A stretch of 64,000 bases of DNA, taken from assembly GCA_951406725.2 (NCBI GenBank), contig OX597824.1, positions 14,632,001-14,696,000 of the forward strand. The letters are read 5' to 3'. The notes under the pieces were generated by a model that saw only the letters and a program-made list of their open reading frames with translations, ran no database searches and had not been told where the DNA came from. This DNA is from Octopus vulgaris. Taxonomy: Eukaryota. Made by a program: the position numbers and the translations under genes. Positions 63,760 to 64,000 of the stretch are shown here, one piece after another (the first letter of the stretch is position 1; the number at the start of each line of letters is the position of its first letter).

Positions 63760-64000
63760 TGTGGCTGCATGGTAAGAGGTTTGCTTCTCAGTGAAATGGT
63801 TCCAGGTTCAGTCCTCAGGGTGGCATTTTAGGCCATTACCTTCTATCATAGCTCCAGGCCAACCAAGGCCTTGTAAGTGGATTTGGTTGATGGTAACTGA
63901 AAGAAGCCTGCTATGTGTGTGTGTGTGTGTGTTTCTGTTTGTGTGTGTGTACATCTTTGTGTTTGTGTTTGTCTCCCACCACTGCTTGAGAACTGGTGTA
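63760..64000 (+). mobile_element. Family A SINE, diverged, runs off the window
   Basis: Head, body and microsatellite recognisable. Confidence 0.8.

Overview
AT-rich, repeat-dense animal genomic DNA; the SINE/LINE landscape and microsatellites suggest an octopus (coleoid cephalopod), which is inference. One real gene is present: the 5' part of a UBR1/UBR2-type N-recognin E3 ubiquitin ligase on the minus strand. Six coding exons can be joined in frame with canonical GT-AG junctions (53274-53212, 11479-11217, 10517-10439, 7779-7669, 4982-4788, 3524-3447). They encode the N-terminus, the UBR-box zinc finger and most of the ClpS-like domain; the gene continues beyond position 1. Intron 1 is about 41.7 kb. 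The rest is mobile DNA: at least four tRNA-derived SINE families, many 3' ends of an RTE LINE with an unusual modular 3' UTR, CR1-like LINE relics, a full-length decayed Hsmar1-like mariner, a Tc1, an internally deleted piggyBac, two Chapaev3-like relics and several MITEs. Most ORFs in the supplied track are repeat noise. The most notable observations are: a repeat-and-spacer array plus V-domain-like block in the RTE 3' UTR; a 21 x 88-bp array grown inside one SINE; a cluster of hammerhead-like motifs in intron 4; an intronic tandem duplication that preserves empty insertion sites; and inverted repeats bracketing the phase-symmetric UBR-box exons. Repeat boundaries are read by eye and family names come from recalled motifs, not database searches.
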